The notes beneath the pieces were generated by a model. It was given only the letters and a program-made list of their open reading frames with translations, did not search any database and had not been told where the DNA came from. A DNA stretch of 63,702 bases, counting the filler, from Klebsormidium nitens (lineage: Eukaryota > Plantae > Klebsormidiophyceae), in assembly GCA_000708835.1 (NCBI GenBank). It is 5 parts of 5 records of this genome, joined end to end, with 100 filler letters (N's around TTAATTAATTAA, not from the genome) between each part and the next. Parts side by side here need not be neighbours in the genome. Positions count along the whole stretch, not along the records: positions 31,834 to 48,785 come from DF237977.1; positions 48,886 to 51,565 come from DF238652.1; positions 51,666 to 62,330 come from DF238149.1; 2 more parts are not named here. One strand, 5' to 3'. Shown here in pieces: positions 46,301 through 58,600 of this stretch. Position numbers and translations under genes: made by a program. The first letter of the stretch is position 1. The number at the start of each line of letters is the position of its first letter.

Positions 46301-48785
46301 CTGCTTTTTCCTTACGTCCCCTGACAGACAGAGTTGTCCATGTCGAAAAGATCACGTTTGTTTAATCTTAAAGCGTTAGACCCACCTTGCAGAAGCGATG
46401 CGCACGCGATGGACACCGGATAGAAGCAGAAGGCTCCCGCTTGGAGCTCAGCTCTTGGGAACAGAAGCAGGTCCGGTAAGCTTTGGTTGAAGATGCGCTT
46501 CCACACGTACGCTAGTGCGGTCCGGACGACGGACGTCGCAGACAGAACGATGAGAGCGCGTCCGAATATGAGCCCGGAAGTGTGCCAACTGTGATGAAGA
46601 GGAGATAGGAAGATTCAGCTGGTTGCTGGGGATTCTGGGCGCTTGAGGAGCTATGCTGGAACCTGGTGACACGGTCAAGTCTGGAGGGGTATAAAATCGT
46701 AACGATAGTAGGCGTAAAGATGGTCCAGACTCTTACTTTTGAATCGAGTCGAGGCTGTATTGAGCCGTTTTCGTCGAGTCTGTGAAAAGACGATTGGATG
46801 AAGCAGGCAAGAGTGCGATGCTTATCGAATCTGGGAGATCAATTCATTTGAAAGAATTCAGCCAAGTGACAATTCACCACCCACGACAAAATTATGGATC
46901 GCCTCAGGGTATAACATACGCTTCTCTTTGAAGAGCGCTATCAGAGACTGAATGCTTCATGTCGCAAAGCAGCGGCGGATCCTGCGGCGAAATCAAGATT
47001 ATTCTGCATTCAAAATCGCTTGCCAGCTGACTTCTGAAAACTTGTGGATCAGTCCTCACCCTTCGGCTCGGCTTGTCGACACCGAAGCTGGGTCGGGGGT
47101 GCCTGTTCCGGTTCCGTTCTGCAGGAGTCGCCTCCGGAATCCGGCAATGGAAGCCCACGGGGCCGGCGCAGGGGCAGCAGCGTAGGCGACCTCAAGTGAC
47201 GTCATTGGACGGCTTTCCAAATTCTGCAAAGTTAGGTCGTTGTGGTCAAAACCATTTCTAATTTCTGACGAAGGCTAAAAGAGAGCAGATGGGGATGTGA
47301 GAAGCGGCAACAGTAGAAAAAACCACAAAGCTATGGAGCAAAGGCGGGGAATAGAGAAAATTCTATTGCGTAGGTTTCTCATCCTGTGTTTGCTGACACC
47401 GATCATCTGCTTTTACTCAAGTAACTTGGTCCAATGTTGCTCATCTGCCATCAGGAGACGCTTAAGGCTTCCCAAGATTTTCAATCTCATCCACCCTCTT
47501 TGCATCGCCTTTAAGAACGCCGTGGAAAGCTATTCGTGACGCCTCGTACCAGCAATCCTCAGCAGAACCCTCAAAATCCTCATTCAGGGTCTCCAACGTA
47601 GGTCTAGCCTCTTTTTCTGCGGATAAATAATCTCGTAGACGATGTCGTCACAGTCTTACCATCGTTGCGAGGCTTCCGATCACTTCCTGAAACGCAGCGG
47701 ACTGGCGGATTGCCAGCTTCCGAAATAGCGCGAACGTCTGCACCGTCCCGATTATTCCCAGTAGGTTGCCCCGGGTCGCGAAGCGCGGTGTGAACGCGCC
47801 CGGAGCGGCACTCGGTATACCGCCTGCCCAGGCACCGAGGAGGTCGCTCGTTTGGAGAAGTACTGTGGGGAGAAGCGCCGCTAAAGAGATGCCGGTGGTC
47901 GTTACGAGGCCCCGGGAGACGAGCCTCGCGCCGAGCGCGGCCGCGGCCGCGGCGCGCGAGGAGGGGCCTGAAGGGGGAAGCGCAATCGTGCTTGGTCTTT
48001 CTTCTTCGGGCTCAGAAGAAGTTTTTTGGCGTTCGAGGCGGTATTCGGCTCCAGAGGACAGCAAGCCTCGCTTCTCAAGGAGTTACAAGCGAATGGCTTC
48101 AACAAGGTTTCGGAGCCCTGTTTGGACTTGCAGACTTTTTGATCGTCTTGAAAAAACTTTCTGTGCACCGTGATTCGATCGTATTTTGCGGATGAGCAAA
48201 TCCCTGGCAGAACGGAGCTCACGCTAAGTCCTCTTTCGATCTTGCAGGAAGATGTGGACAGATTTCGAAGCCTCGTACATCTCAGGATATCAAGCTCATC
48301 AGACGTTGGCCGCTCAATTTTCTTAATGCCACGAGCTCTACCCAAGATTTTCGATCCAAAGGCCCTCGACATGAGTCTCGACCCTTCATACTCGAGAGTT
48401 GAAAGGATACTTAGAGACCCCCCACAAAACCGAACTCATTGCACGACAGGAGTTTGAAACCTGAAAAAGAGCTTGAATCGCCTGCGGCCGCCCTTCCCTG
48501 TGAGAACAATGAATAAGATCCCAGGCCTTCTTACTAGCAACAAAGCATCCAAATCTAGGCTACTAAGCTCCTAACAAGAAGGCGTGCTCACCGAAGCTGA
48601 TTCTCAAAACCTCCGAGCCTTGGTTTGGATTCCCGGCCACGTCTTGCACTGCTCCCTCTTCCACCCAAACCGTTCCCTCCGTAATGGCGGACCTCAAATC
48701 TTTCACAAGCGTTACAGTGTAAGTGAGGCCGTCGCCTTGAGAAGCCACCCCGATTACGCTTAACCCGGTGGCCGAAATCTGACCA
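43383..48785 (-). CDS. Bacterial-Ig-like domain plus multi-pass membrane protein (plant At3g48200-like architecture), 5' end in gap
   Basis: Exon YTVTL...EGAVQDVAGNPNQGSEVL (Ig-like); TM exons ...GNLLGIIGTVQTFAL, LLLFPRAELQ, ALLLLLIPCSAIIAVLGFLATHVIL| joined in phase to the last exon (GSEAYFEP...RFGLLFESVRPP, TM bundle, then ~350 aa of R/S/E-rich tail). Confidence 0.75.
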
Positions 48786-48885
48786 NNNNNNNNNNNNNNN
48801 NNNNNNNNNNNNNNNNNNNNNNNNNNNNNTTAATTAATTAANNNNNNNNNNNNNNNNNNNNNNNNNNNNNNNNNNNNNNNNNNNN

Positions 48886-50893
48886 AACCAGTCGTAATCG
48901 TTACATGAATACTACGAAATGCTCTATCATTCCCTTAGGTACTCTGATAGATGCTAACCCACCTGCTCACTGTCCTTTTGACTGGCTAACTGATGAGTCT
49001 GATCCCGAATCATTGCTTGGTGTGCCTGTAGGTATTCACTTTCAAGACGATTTGATATGGAAGTCACTTCTTAGCAAGTTGTCAGAATCCATCAGTCATT
49101 GGAGCCTGCAAAATTTGAGTGTTTATGGCCGCGTTCACGCGGCAAGATCATATATAGGCGGCCAGGCTTGATTTTTGGCCACCATGATTCCTCCTAACAA
49201 AAAAGGGCTCAAGCGACTCTCCGCAATGTTGTGGTCATATGTACAAAACAATAAGAATCTCGACATTAACCTTGGCTCTAACCATCACTACTCTCCTTGG
49301 TCAAGGCTAACTTTATGCCAAAGTTTCTCTGAAGGTGGTCTCAATGCTCAAAACCCAGAATATTTTCTAACAGCTTTGCACTCAAAATGGATATTTAAGC
49401 TTCTTGATCCTCGACACGTAGCTTCCTGGAAGTCACTCCCTTTCTACTTCCTTAGGAATCTAATAAAAGGACTTGGTGACTCTGTGTTTCTGACAGATCC
49501 AACGATTCTGAAAGCTTTTCCGTCATTGCTACCTAGTAGATGGCACTCTTATCTTCAAAGCTGGTTTTCAGGAAGTCTGCTAGTTTCTCCCCCGCCACTG
49601 GATTACGAATGCATTCTAAACGAGCCTATTTGGTTCAATCGATTTTTGTATTTTCCGTCAGATGACCGCCACGGTAGACTACTCAACAAAGATCTAGAGA
49701 AATGGCTTGTCAACAGGGGTTTCACGCACCTCAAACACTTAAGTACACGTACACCCCCTCCTGCAGGTAGCTATAGATCTCCATGGTTTTCCCCAAACGA
49801 GGCCATCTTTGAAGCAGGCTCGCGACAACTTGGGGCGGCTCTTTCAACCATTATCGAGCTCATTCCTCCTCAATGGTCGCATGTCATTACAAATCGAACC
49901 CGCGAGCCGTTTAATTGTGGTGACTGGATTGTTCGTCGTGGTAAATGTCAAGGCATGCCCAGTACTATCTATTGCATTTTGGAAACCCTTCCACATGAAC
50001 TAGCATGTACTGCATTTCAAGTGGATCGGTCAAATGGTTCATTCTGCTACAAGGAAGAGTTTGGCAAGCCATTTGTTCTGTCCAAATCTCAAATTACAAA
50101 AGCTGCTATTTTAGAAGATTCAAATTCATCTCGGCAGACGGCATATTATTATGGAAATTACTTTGCATCCAAGCTTCTGCTCTCTCGCTTTAATTGGAAA
50201 GTGGACGACAAGATCATATCATTTTCAAGCTTCACGGTTAAAACAGTATATAATTCAATACTACAAGCACAGCCTTTCATTAATAAAGCAATTGAAAAGT
50301 GGAGCACGCATTTTAATGAATCAATTTATTGGCACGATATGATAAAATACATTCAATGCGGGCGTCTTCTTGAAAATAGAACAAAAGAAAAGCTCTATAA
50401 AATTCATACTCGTGCAATACCCGTAGGCCGTAAGATGAAAGGACCAAATGCCTCTACATCTTGCCCTTTCTGCTCAATTTTTGAAGACGAAATGCATTGT
50501 TTTATAAGTTGCAAACGCCTTGAACCCATATGGAAGTATGTGAAGGCAATGCTCAATCCAAGTTGTCGATGGATCTCATATTTGACCGAAAAGGAACGAC
50601 TTTTCGGATACGTGCATAGTCAACGCTCCAACCCGTTTCTTTATATTTGGAAGATCGTGCATGCGGAAGTCATCCGCTTGATTTGGTACTCCCGTTGCCG
50701 AAAGTTGTACGATAACGAAACCATGCATTATGAAGAATTCAAAGGAAGATTAAAGTTTCGGATTCAATTCGCGGTATCACTTTTAGAAGCTTCTAATATC
50801 AAAGGAAAGAAAAGCCACCTCAGGCTTTGGAAGCAAGCACTTCCACACGTAATCAAAAATGGACACTTGAAGATCGACTTCCCGAGTGATTGA
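48886..50893 (+). mobile_element. L1/Tx1-like non-LTR retrotransposon, ORF2 post-RT region with C-terminal zinc knuckle
   Basis: SLLGVP, NLSVYGRVHAARSYIGGQA*FLAT (TGA at 49169 where Trp is typical), GGLNA, KWIFKLL, FTVKTVY, CPFC...EDEMHCFISC...IW. The endonuclease/RT core would lie in the gap. Confidence 0.9.
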
Positions 50894-51331
50894 CGATGGT
50901 TTCATACTGTGGCTGAAGTTTTATCGACCGTCCGTTTTTTGCGGGATACCAAACAATGCAAAACCGTCGATGTTTGTTTTTAGAGCGCCAGCCGGATTTA
51001 ACGCAAGTTGTAAGCGCCGGCCCGCCCGCGTTCTTAGAGAATTACCGAATGACCGGAGCCACCCGATATTTTTAGCATAGTTGTACTCGTCACTGACCGT
51101 CGATTGATGATCGACGGCAGCGGCCAGCCAATTCTGCCTTTTGCCCCGAGTACCTTCTCCCGACCACAACCCAGGTCCTTTACTTAGAACAGTTGCCAAG
51201 ATTCTAATGCTCCAAATTTTCTTGCTCTCTGTCCATACGGTTGGCGGATGATTCTAATCAGAATCGGTCTTTTCGTTTCGAAATACGGTCTTTGGTTACC
51301 AGTTCTAAATATATACCTTCAATCTTCGTCA

Positions 51332-51401
51332 AAGAATCTGGGGTTAACAACAGGAGAGTCTTGGAAGAATCTGGGGTTAAGAAAAGGAGAGTCTTGGAAG
51401 A
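51332..51401 (+). repeat. 33-bp tandem duplication downstream of LINE ORF2
   Basis: AAGAATCTGGGGTTAA(CAAC/GAAA)AGGAGAGTCTTGG occurs twice. Confidence 0.85.
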
Positions 51402-51710
51402 CAATAACGGCTGACTGGCTATGTTTCTCAACCGGGCTTACTGACCTAGAGTTTCTGGCGGAGATAGTATCAATTAATTTATTGCTAACATGACTCGGGA
51501 AATCACAACCCGAGCCTCTACAAGGGGGGTCGCAGGGTCATACCCTGGTGGTTTTTGCGGGCCTCNNNNNNNNNNNNNNNNNNNNNNNNNNNNNNNNNNN
51601 NNNNNNNNNTTAATTAATTAANNNNNNNNNNNNNNNNNNNNNNNNNNNNNNNNNNNNNNNNNNNNGTCGCCGTTGCCGAGCGGCGATGTGTCTTTATACC
51701 GTGCCGCGAG

Positions 51711-52325
51711 GTGCCGGCGGCACTGCCCGGCACCTTACCGGCGACCCCCGCTTTATCCAATGCGGTTCTGTACAGAGTTTGTGCTCAACTTCTTGTTGCA
51801 TCGGATTCTCACAGTCACCCCATAACTGCACTCTATAACAAGCGACTCGTATCTGCAGGGTATGGAGAAGAGCCATTGGCGGGCCAAGACCATGTACACA
51901 TCAACCACACTCAGCATGGCGGCGGACGCGATCGCTTGAGCGCGCTCTTGCAGATGCTCCAGTTTGAGTACCGGTTAATGTTTCATCGGAAGCGTGTGCA
52001 AGCATGCGCTGAGGCTAGAAAGGAGGTACGCCGGCTGAAGGATTTGAGAGCGGAGAAGTACGCAAAGCGTTGGTTTGATTCGGATGCGGCAGAAAAGTTG
52101 GCGGAGTGGCGGGCAAAGATGCAGAGGGTGGGAAGTGTTTATAAACCGCGTGTTGTTGAGGAGGACGAGCTTGTACGGAAAGCAGAGGAGGCAGCGTTGT
52201 CTGACCCAGATGATAGTATGGCTGGGGACTTGAATGTTGATGAGCTAGAGTCTGATCTTATTGACCGGCAGCAAGAGCTAGAGGAAGACTTTGATGCTTT
52301 GCAGCAAGAACTGCATTCTATTTAG
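51711..52325 (+). CDS. Unknown protein, C-terminal part (coiled-coil, acidic tail); probably element-borne
   Basis: Open frame from the gap edge with protein-like composition (RDRLSALLQMLQFEYRLMFHRKRV...DELESDLIDRQQELEEDF). Possible acceptor TCACAG near 51814. No domain recognised. Confidence 0.5.
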   Translation: MPAALPGTLPATPALSNAVLYRVCAQLLVASDSHSHPITALYNKRLVSAGYGEEPLAGQDHVHINHTQHGGGRDRLSALLQMLQFEYRLMFHRKRVQACAEARKEVRRLKDLRAEKYAKRWFDSDAAEKLAEWRAKMQRVGSVYKPRVVEEDELVRKAEEAALSDPDDSMAGDLNVDELESDLIDRQQELEEDFDALQQELHSI

Positions 52326-52418
52326 TTGACGATATATGTGCGCGTTGTGATAGGATGTCTGAAAAGTGGGTGGACGCTCTGCAAAATATTTGGTTCGTTT
52401 TTATGCACCACACTACCA

Positions 52419-53051
52419 CACAGGCGGTTTATATGCGGTTCTGGGTACCGCGGTTAGACCGTGGATGCATCGCGGAGTATCCTTGGAGTAACCAACGACA
52501 AACCGCGGTCTCAGAATCCAAGATCGCGGTTTGAGATGGGCTGCCCGCAGTCTACGTTTCGACTGAAGTTATATACGGGGCCGCACATTCATTTAATATA
52601 AGGGTCGGACCGGTCGATAATATACGGCTTATAGGTTTATATACGCGGTCGACATAATCGATCGCGCTTGACCGGAGCTTGCAATCGCGACGTCAAGATC
52701 GAATCAAAACGTGCTCACTTTTTGTTTTCTTGTATCTTTTTTTCGCGTCGATGAAACACTGAGCTGTGTTTTGGAGCTTGTTACATGTGGTGGCTAGAGC
52801 TTAAGTCCAAGTTTACGCTTTGTTTCTTTAGGGAGAACTGTAACGGCAAACAATACAAGTTCGGTTTATTTATTTGCCCCATTTTCAAGCCATGAAACCT
52901 CAGGATTCCGACCCCCAAACCGCGGTTTCGAGTCTTGAGACCTCGGTCTCAAGATCCGCAAACCACGGTCAATCCGCGGTTACTCTGGGGATGCATTGCG
53001 GTCTGGACCGCCGAGTCCTCGGTCTCCGAAATTGCATATAAATCGCCTGTG
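52419..53051. mobile_element. Non-autonomous TIR element (CAC...GTG ends, 2-bp TSD CA), CMC/EnSpm-like
   Basis: TIR CACAGGCGGTTTATATGC (52419-52436) versus GCATATAAATCGCCTGTG (53034-53051), 17/18 match. CA lies on both flanks. Long imperfect subterminal inverted homology rich in ACCGCGGT. Confidence 0.85.
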
Positions 53052-54699
53052 CACTAGTCGATCACCTCGTCCTGCAATAGAGTGCAGTGCCATAAAGCAA
53101 AGTAAATGCCATGTCAATTTCATTGTATATTAGGCAACAGGCCGAATGATGCGTGCGCACCATGTCTGCAATGTGGATTCATCATGCACCGGAGCTTCTT
53201 AAAGTCGCGTCAATTGTACTAATTGACACGTACGTAAATCTCACGTGACATGCGCCGGACGGTCTTGTCCATCGAAATATACCGGCAGCGAGAACTTTTA
53301 TATGTTGATGGGCGCGGTCCAAACACATGAGCTATTTCGTCTCATGTTGCACACAGTGCACATAATCATATGGAAAAGCGTTGATGCTTTGAAGTTAGTG
53401 GCCGCGCTCGCTGAAACTAGCTTCGATCCAGCAACAAGAATTAAATAGTAGGCGATATTAAGTTATTGAATGTCATGATGATTGATTGTGACGGCCCGTC
53501 CAGTCGCAGCAGCAGCGCTATGGATGTACACAGTCTCGCGCGCGTTCTGGCACTCGGTCACGCGGCATTTAGGGTTTTCTTTGAGACTAATTTCTGCAAC
53601 CTTTGCCTCATATTAAATTTGGCATTAAGTGTCAAGCTTATCAGTCCATATGCCGGGCCAATTGGACCGACTCGCTCGACATGCCTTGACACCACGCTCA
53701 AAATTCCGAATTTTCTTCAGGCGAGTTCAGCAAGAAGGAACCGTGACGGTACGGCCGATCCGGTCCCTTCCGAGGATGGCAGTTCTTACGTACGGTTAAC
53801 TTCTAGTGTCAATCCAGGCTGACCGACGTTGCAGCGAAGCTGACCGATATGTTCCGTATGCTGCAACACATTTTTCGTAACCGCGCATCCCGTTCTAACC
53901 AAGGTGAAATTTACCTTGCACCTCAAGGTACCGCGCGCCGTCGGGTGATCCTGCTGGATGATTTCTCCTGAACGGTCGGTTCCCAGATCTCAGGTGACAG
54001 GACCGATTCAATGGGCCCCGGTCGGTCAACCGGCCGGCTGTGCGGAAGTCACGAACCCCAAGGTACGTGGTACAGTACTAACGCCGGCAGTGGGCACCAT
54101 GAGATAAGCTATGCTTACCTCGTTGATATACGGTACGGTACGCCTCGCGGCCTGCTGCGTACCGGTTCAAAAGGCACACCTGATGGACTGATATTGCAGG
54201 CAAGGTTGAAGCTCTTATACTCTGCCCATATGTATAAGCGCAGCCACGCGTCCGTGTGCCCAGAATATGATAAGGCGGGTCAAAGCCTGGGTATAGGCGC
54301 TGCCCTCTTGGGCACAATCGGTTCTAAAAGCACACCTTTTTGACCGATCACTCCGGCAAATCCCAGCGGCTTATGGCCTGCCCTCATACTTTGACCGGTC
54401 GGGCCGGGCGAATTACTACGCGGCCGACGCGGTAAATGTCGCCCGCCTGGCATCATATGGCCTGCCATGCAGTGGAGGCAGTGGGCCCCGTGGGGGCACA
54501 CGTGACCTGCAGCCATGCAAAGTACGTAGCTTATTTTTTATATACCTTGGCTCGCAAAGAGCCGTGATCATCTAGCTAGCTTTGATTATTGAATAAACTT
54601 GAGGAGACGATTCCAAAGAAGCCTAGCATAAACAGCGTAGTAGATCATAAGAGCTCAGTCGGAGAACCGTCGATGAGTAATAATGAAACCCATTAATGC

Positions 54700-55560
54700 G
54701 TCACTAAATCCATGTGCGCGTCTTTCCATCAACATGTGCAGCGCTAAACAATATAAGTTGCACAATTACGCTAGGCCCCTCGCATATCGAAACAGTAGTA
54801 CGCACCATGAGCGCGTGGGGTATGTCAGTTGAGTACATCACTGAGCACACACGTATGCACAATATATATTTTTCCGGCGCTACTATAATAGCTGTTTGGC
54901 CCGGACAGTATGCATATGGCACTGCCAGTATAACACCGTATGTTATTGTCTCCAGAATCAATTATAGTGAATTTTCTTGTTTCTACCCGGCATGATTCAG
55001 CAGTTGTCACTAGCCTACATTGAACATGGTCAAGTGCTTGTGGAAGATACGTACAATTGATGGATTGAGACGAGGTCAATAATTGTGCGGCCGGACGAAA
55101 ATACAACAATTCGCATTTCATTTTGCAAAGCTTGCTACCCAATGACACTGCAAGACTTCATGGCACATCGATCACTCATGCATGTGCAAGCTGCGCACAT
55201 GATAGTCGACCCAAGCATATGGCCGGCAAGCACGCAGCGACTGTCGGAAGAACCGTTGAGCTTCCAGTCAAAAGCAAAATCGATAAAGCGAAAGCCAACG
55301 ATGACCCGGTTTTGAGAGGATGGACGGACCTTAGCTTCACAAAGTACACTACATACTGCAATCAAGTTTCGTAGCATATCAACAAGACTTATCCCACTTT
55401 GCTTAAGTGAAATAAATAAAGTGCACATGCAAACCAATTGGCTTCTATAATGGAATTATTAGGGCCTTGCGTCTCCGCCTGGTCCATTAAAAAGTTGTGG
55501 AGAAACATTCGTAGTGTATCTGGCCCATCCCCACTGTCTGGTAGCTCCTCCTCTTGCAGC
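54700..55560 (-). pseudogene. Possible decayed coding exons downstream of the Ulp1 domain
   Basis: Protein-like stretches (LQEEELPDSGDGPDTLRMFLHNFLMD; RVIVGFRFIDFAFDW; HTPRAHGAYYCFDMRG) interrupted by stops. Confidence 0.3.
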
Positions 55561-55662
55561 TGCAGTAATACATGTCGATTAAAAGAGAAACTAGCAGGGT
55601 CGAAAAGCAGCGAAATAAGGTACGAATCAAGAGGAAGGACCCTCGCATTCCCAGGAAACAAA

Positions 55663-58600
55663 TCAGTCCGGAACGAGACTTTCAAGAAGGCCATGGCGAT
55701 GAGGAGCAAAGGTAAAACCTTGAAGACAGGCGGCAAGCGTGGCTGTGCACAGACAACGAAACCCGACGGCTGACTTGGCACTTACAAGGGCCACGGAGTA
55801 GGCTGGACTTCTCATAATAGTTCGAGCGTTGAGAAGGACGTGCAGGCCGCAATCATCGCTACCTGCACGTTGCTGCGGAACCTGCACATCAAGTGGGTTC
55901 AGATTACCGTTCCAAACGGAAACTTCGCGGGTACATCAGACCTGTACGCTGGAATTGCTCCAAGGGCCCCTCATGCAAGGGCCTGCTCAGTCCCCCATTG
56001 CAGAGTGCAAGAAAGTGTACGGTGCGCACATGATTGGCGAAACAACTCACTAGAGCTTTGGTGCAGGGCAGGGACGAAGCCTGGAACTGAGGAAGGAGGC
56101 CGTTTCTGAGCGCCCTCTCTCCGATCCACTTTCGATGCACCCAAATCTTGGAGAGGACCCTGCATAAATGAAGAGACAAGTTCAGCTGCGTTTGGGTCAA
56201 AGAATATCCCATCAGGTCGGTGACGATTGGTGCATCGGGCAACCTGGTCGTGGCACTTCGCAGCGCAACAGGTCGCGCTGCGAAGTGCCACGATCTGTCG
56301 CGCTGCAAAGTGCCACGACCTGTAAGTCAATTGTTGTTTCGATTGATCAGAAGTCTTCTCAAAGAGGTGTTCCAGATCCTTAGCAGCCTTCATCAAAATC
56401 GCACAAGAAGGTGTCTTCGAACTGAAGTTGGTAACACTGAACCTTCGTTGACAAACCTTCGCGCTTCGACTCACCATCTTAGGTACTTTTCAATGCCATT
56501 GTGGAGTCGGGAATTGCGGAGGGAGTCCAAGTGGATTATGCAGGACGGGTCCCACCTACCATGAACCAGCCCCTTCTCGTTCACGAGAATGAGCAGGCTC
56601 CAGTGAAGCCTGCAGAAAATAAGAGAAGTTGCTTTGGAAAAGTTTGAAGCAGCGATACAAAGAAGGATGAGTGGACAAGTGCAGAAAAGGCATCGACATT
56701 ATCAGGTTCGTAGATCTTGCACGAAATCAAAGGATGCAAAAATCATCGTCTTGCGCTAGACAAAACAAACTGGTCAGTGGACGTTCAAGAAAGTGTTGGC
56801 TCAGCCGCCGGGGGTTTGCTTCTTTCTCTTGTCGCACTTCAGTTTTCAAACGCTACATACACGGGAACCCGCTTTCACAGCTTTGAGTTAACGGGCTACG
56901 TACCTGTCGCAGAATGGGAGCAGCCAGTACCGGTATGAGAAGAGGTCGTCGACAGAGAGCTGCCGCCGCGCTACGCGAGCAAATCGTAGGATCTCTTCCA
57001 TAGGAGCATGCACCCGTCGAGTACTGCTCTTCTCTGCAATCCCAAACTCCTCTGCGACTCTCTTCAAGAAGAAAGAGTCGAACACGAGGACTTCTGCCGC
57101 AGATTTCTGACACTGAAGTTTAATCTCCCTGCACAATGGAAGCGATAGTAAGTCTACACACGCAAAGGTCGGTTGCTCGACACGATGCTCAAGGAGATGG
57201 ATCGAAAACAGAAAGCAATTGCGCAACGAAGCCATCTCGGGGAAAATCGTGACCTCCCATGCTGTCCAGACCCGTTCTTTCTCTACGAGAGGCTTCGGAC
57301 GGACCTCACCTTAGCTAGCTATTGACAATCTTGTCATCAACCAGTTTCCCAGGTCTCAGCTTGTCCATATTCTCTTTCGAGAGGAAGATGGAGTTGACCG
57401 CATTTGGATGAGGGTAAACAAGGTAAAAGCCTGCAAGTGAAGAACTCCTCCGTGAGGACCTGACGCGATTCTTGTTCCTGCCCTTGACAAAACTTTGCCA
57501 AGACCTCAGTCCCTAGATAGATTGGCAGAAGACGACCAAACAAATGGTCCGTTGCATTGGAAGGCTTTAAGCGAGTGTCCTCAGAACCACAGTCTGGCTG
57601 TTGAAGATGGTGCTGCACTTGTAGAGCCTTGCTTCTTAAGCGAGTTCTGAAAACACCAAGCATACCTTCAGTCGCCCACGGAAATGCACTCTCACCTTCG
57701 GGTGTCAACCACTTGGCCTCTTCTTTCTCTCGATGCGCGCGGTTCACCCCTTCCAGGATTCTCCGTAACAGACAGCTTTTCTTCTCCGATGGTTGCAAAG
57801 CCATTGTTGCGATCTTATCCTGCAAGAAGGATGCAGGTTTGTGATCATCATCCCAATCAACTAGACCAGCGGCACCTTAGGAATGCTGGGATCCGAATAC
57901 AATAGCAGCCAGCCTGCTCCTCCAACAGCAATGTTCAACTGGGGCAATTTGGTAAAAAGCTTTTCACAGTGCACCAAAAGAGCAGACTGGCAATCATTGT
58001 TAGCAAAGCATGAATGATAGAGAAAGTTTCGTACCAAAAGATATCTTGAGAAGTACTCAACACCCGCTGCGTCTGTGCAGGACACGATGCCAATTGGACT
58101 GCTCCACAAAGGCCACTCATCTGGGATGTCTAACTGGACGGTAAATGCTCCGTCTTTGGACTTGAACCCAATGAACGGCTCTGCTTGTTCTTGTGGAGGC
58201 GTTTCGATGGTCATCCTGCAACTTCCAATCAAGAAATCCTGAAGGACGGCAATGATGGGATTGCATATATATCCATGACTAGAAGAGCCAAAGTCACATA
58301 TCTGGAAAGAAGGAATCTTTCCGGAGCGCAGAAGGCAACCAGCTGAAGCAGAGGTCAAATCCAACTTCATGGAACACAGGCACAAAAAGGAACTGGCGCT
58401 GCTTCACATAGAACCTACTTTGCAGCTGCAGCAACTCTTCGCAGCACTGTAGTGCGCCGAAAACAACTGGACAAGGAAAATCGACAGGACATGACGAACT
58501 GTTCGAAGTCCAAGGTCCCGAGGATCTTGTCCGAAACTGGATACATTATGCATCCATATTCAGGCCACTGCAAAACAGGTAGCTTTTGATAGACCATGAG

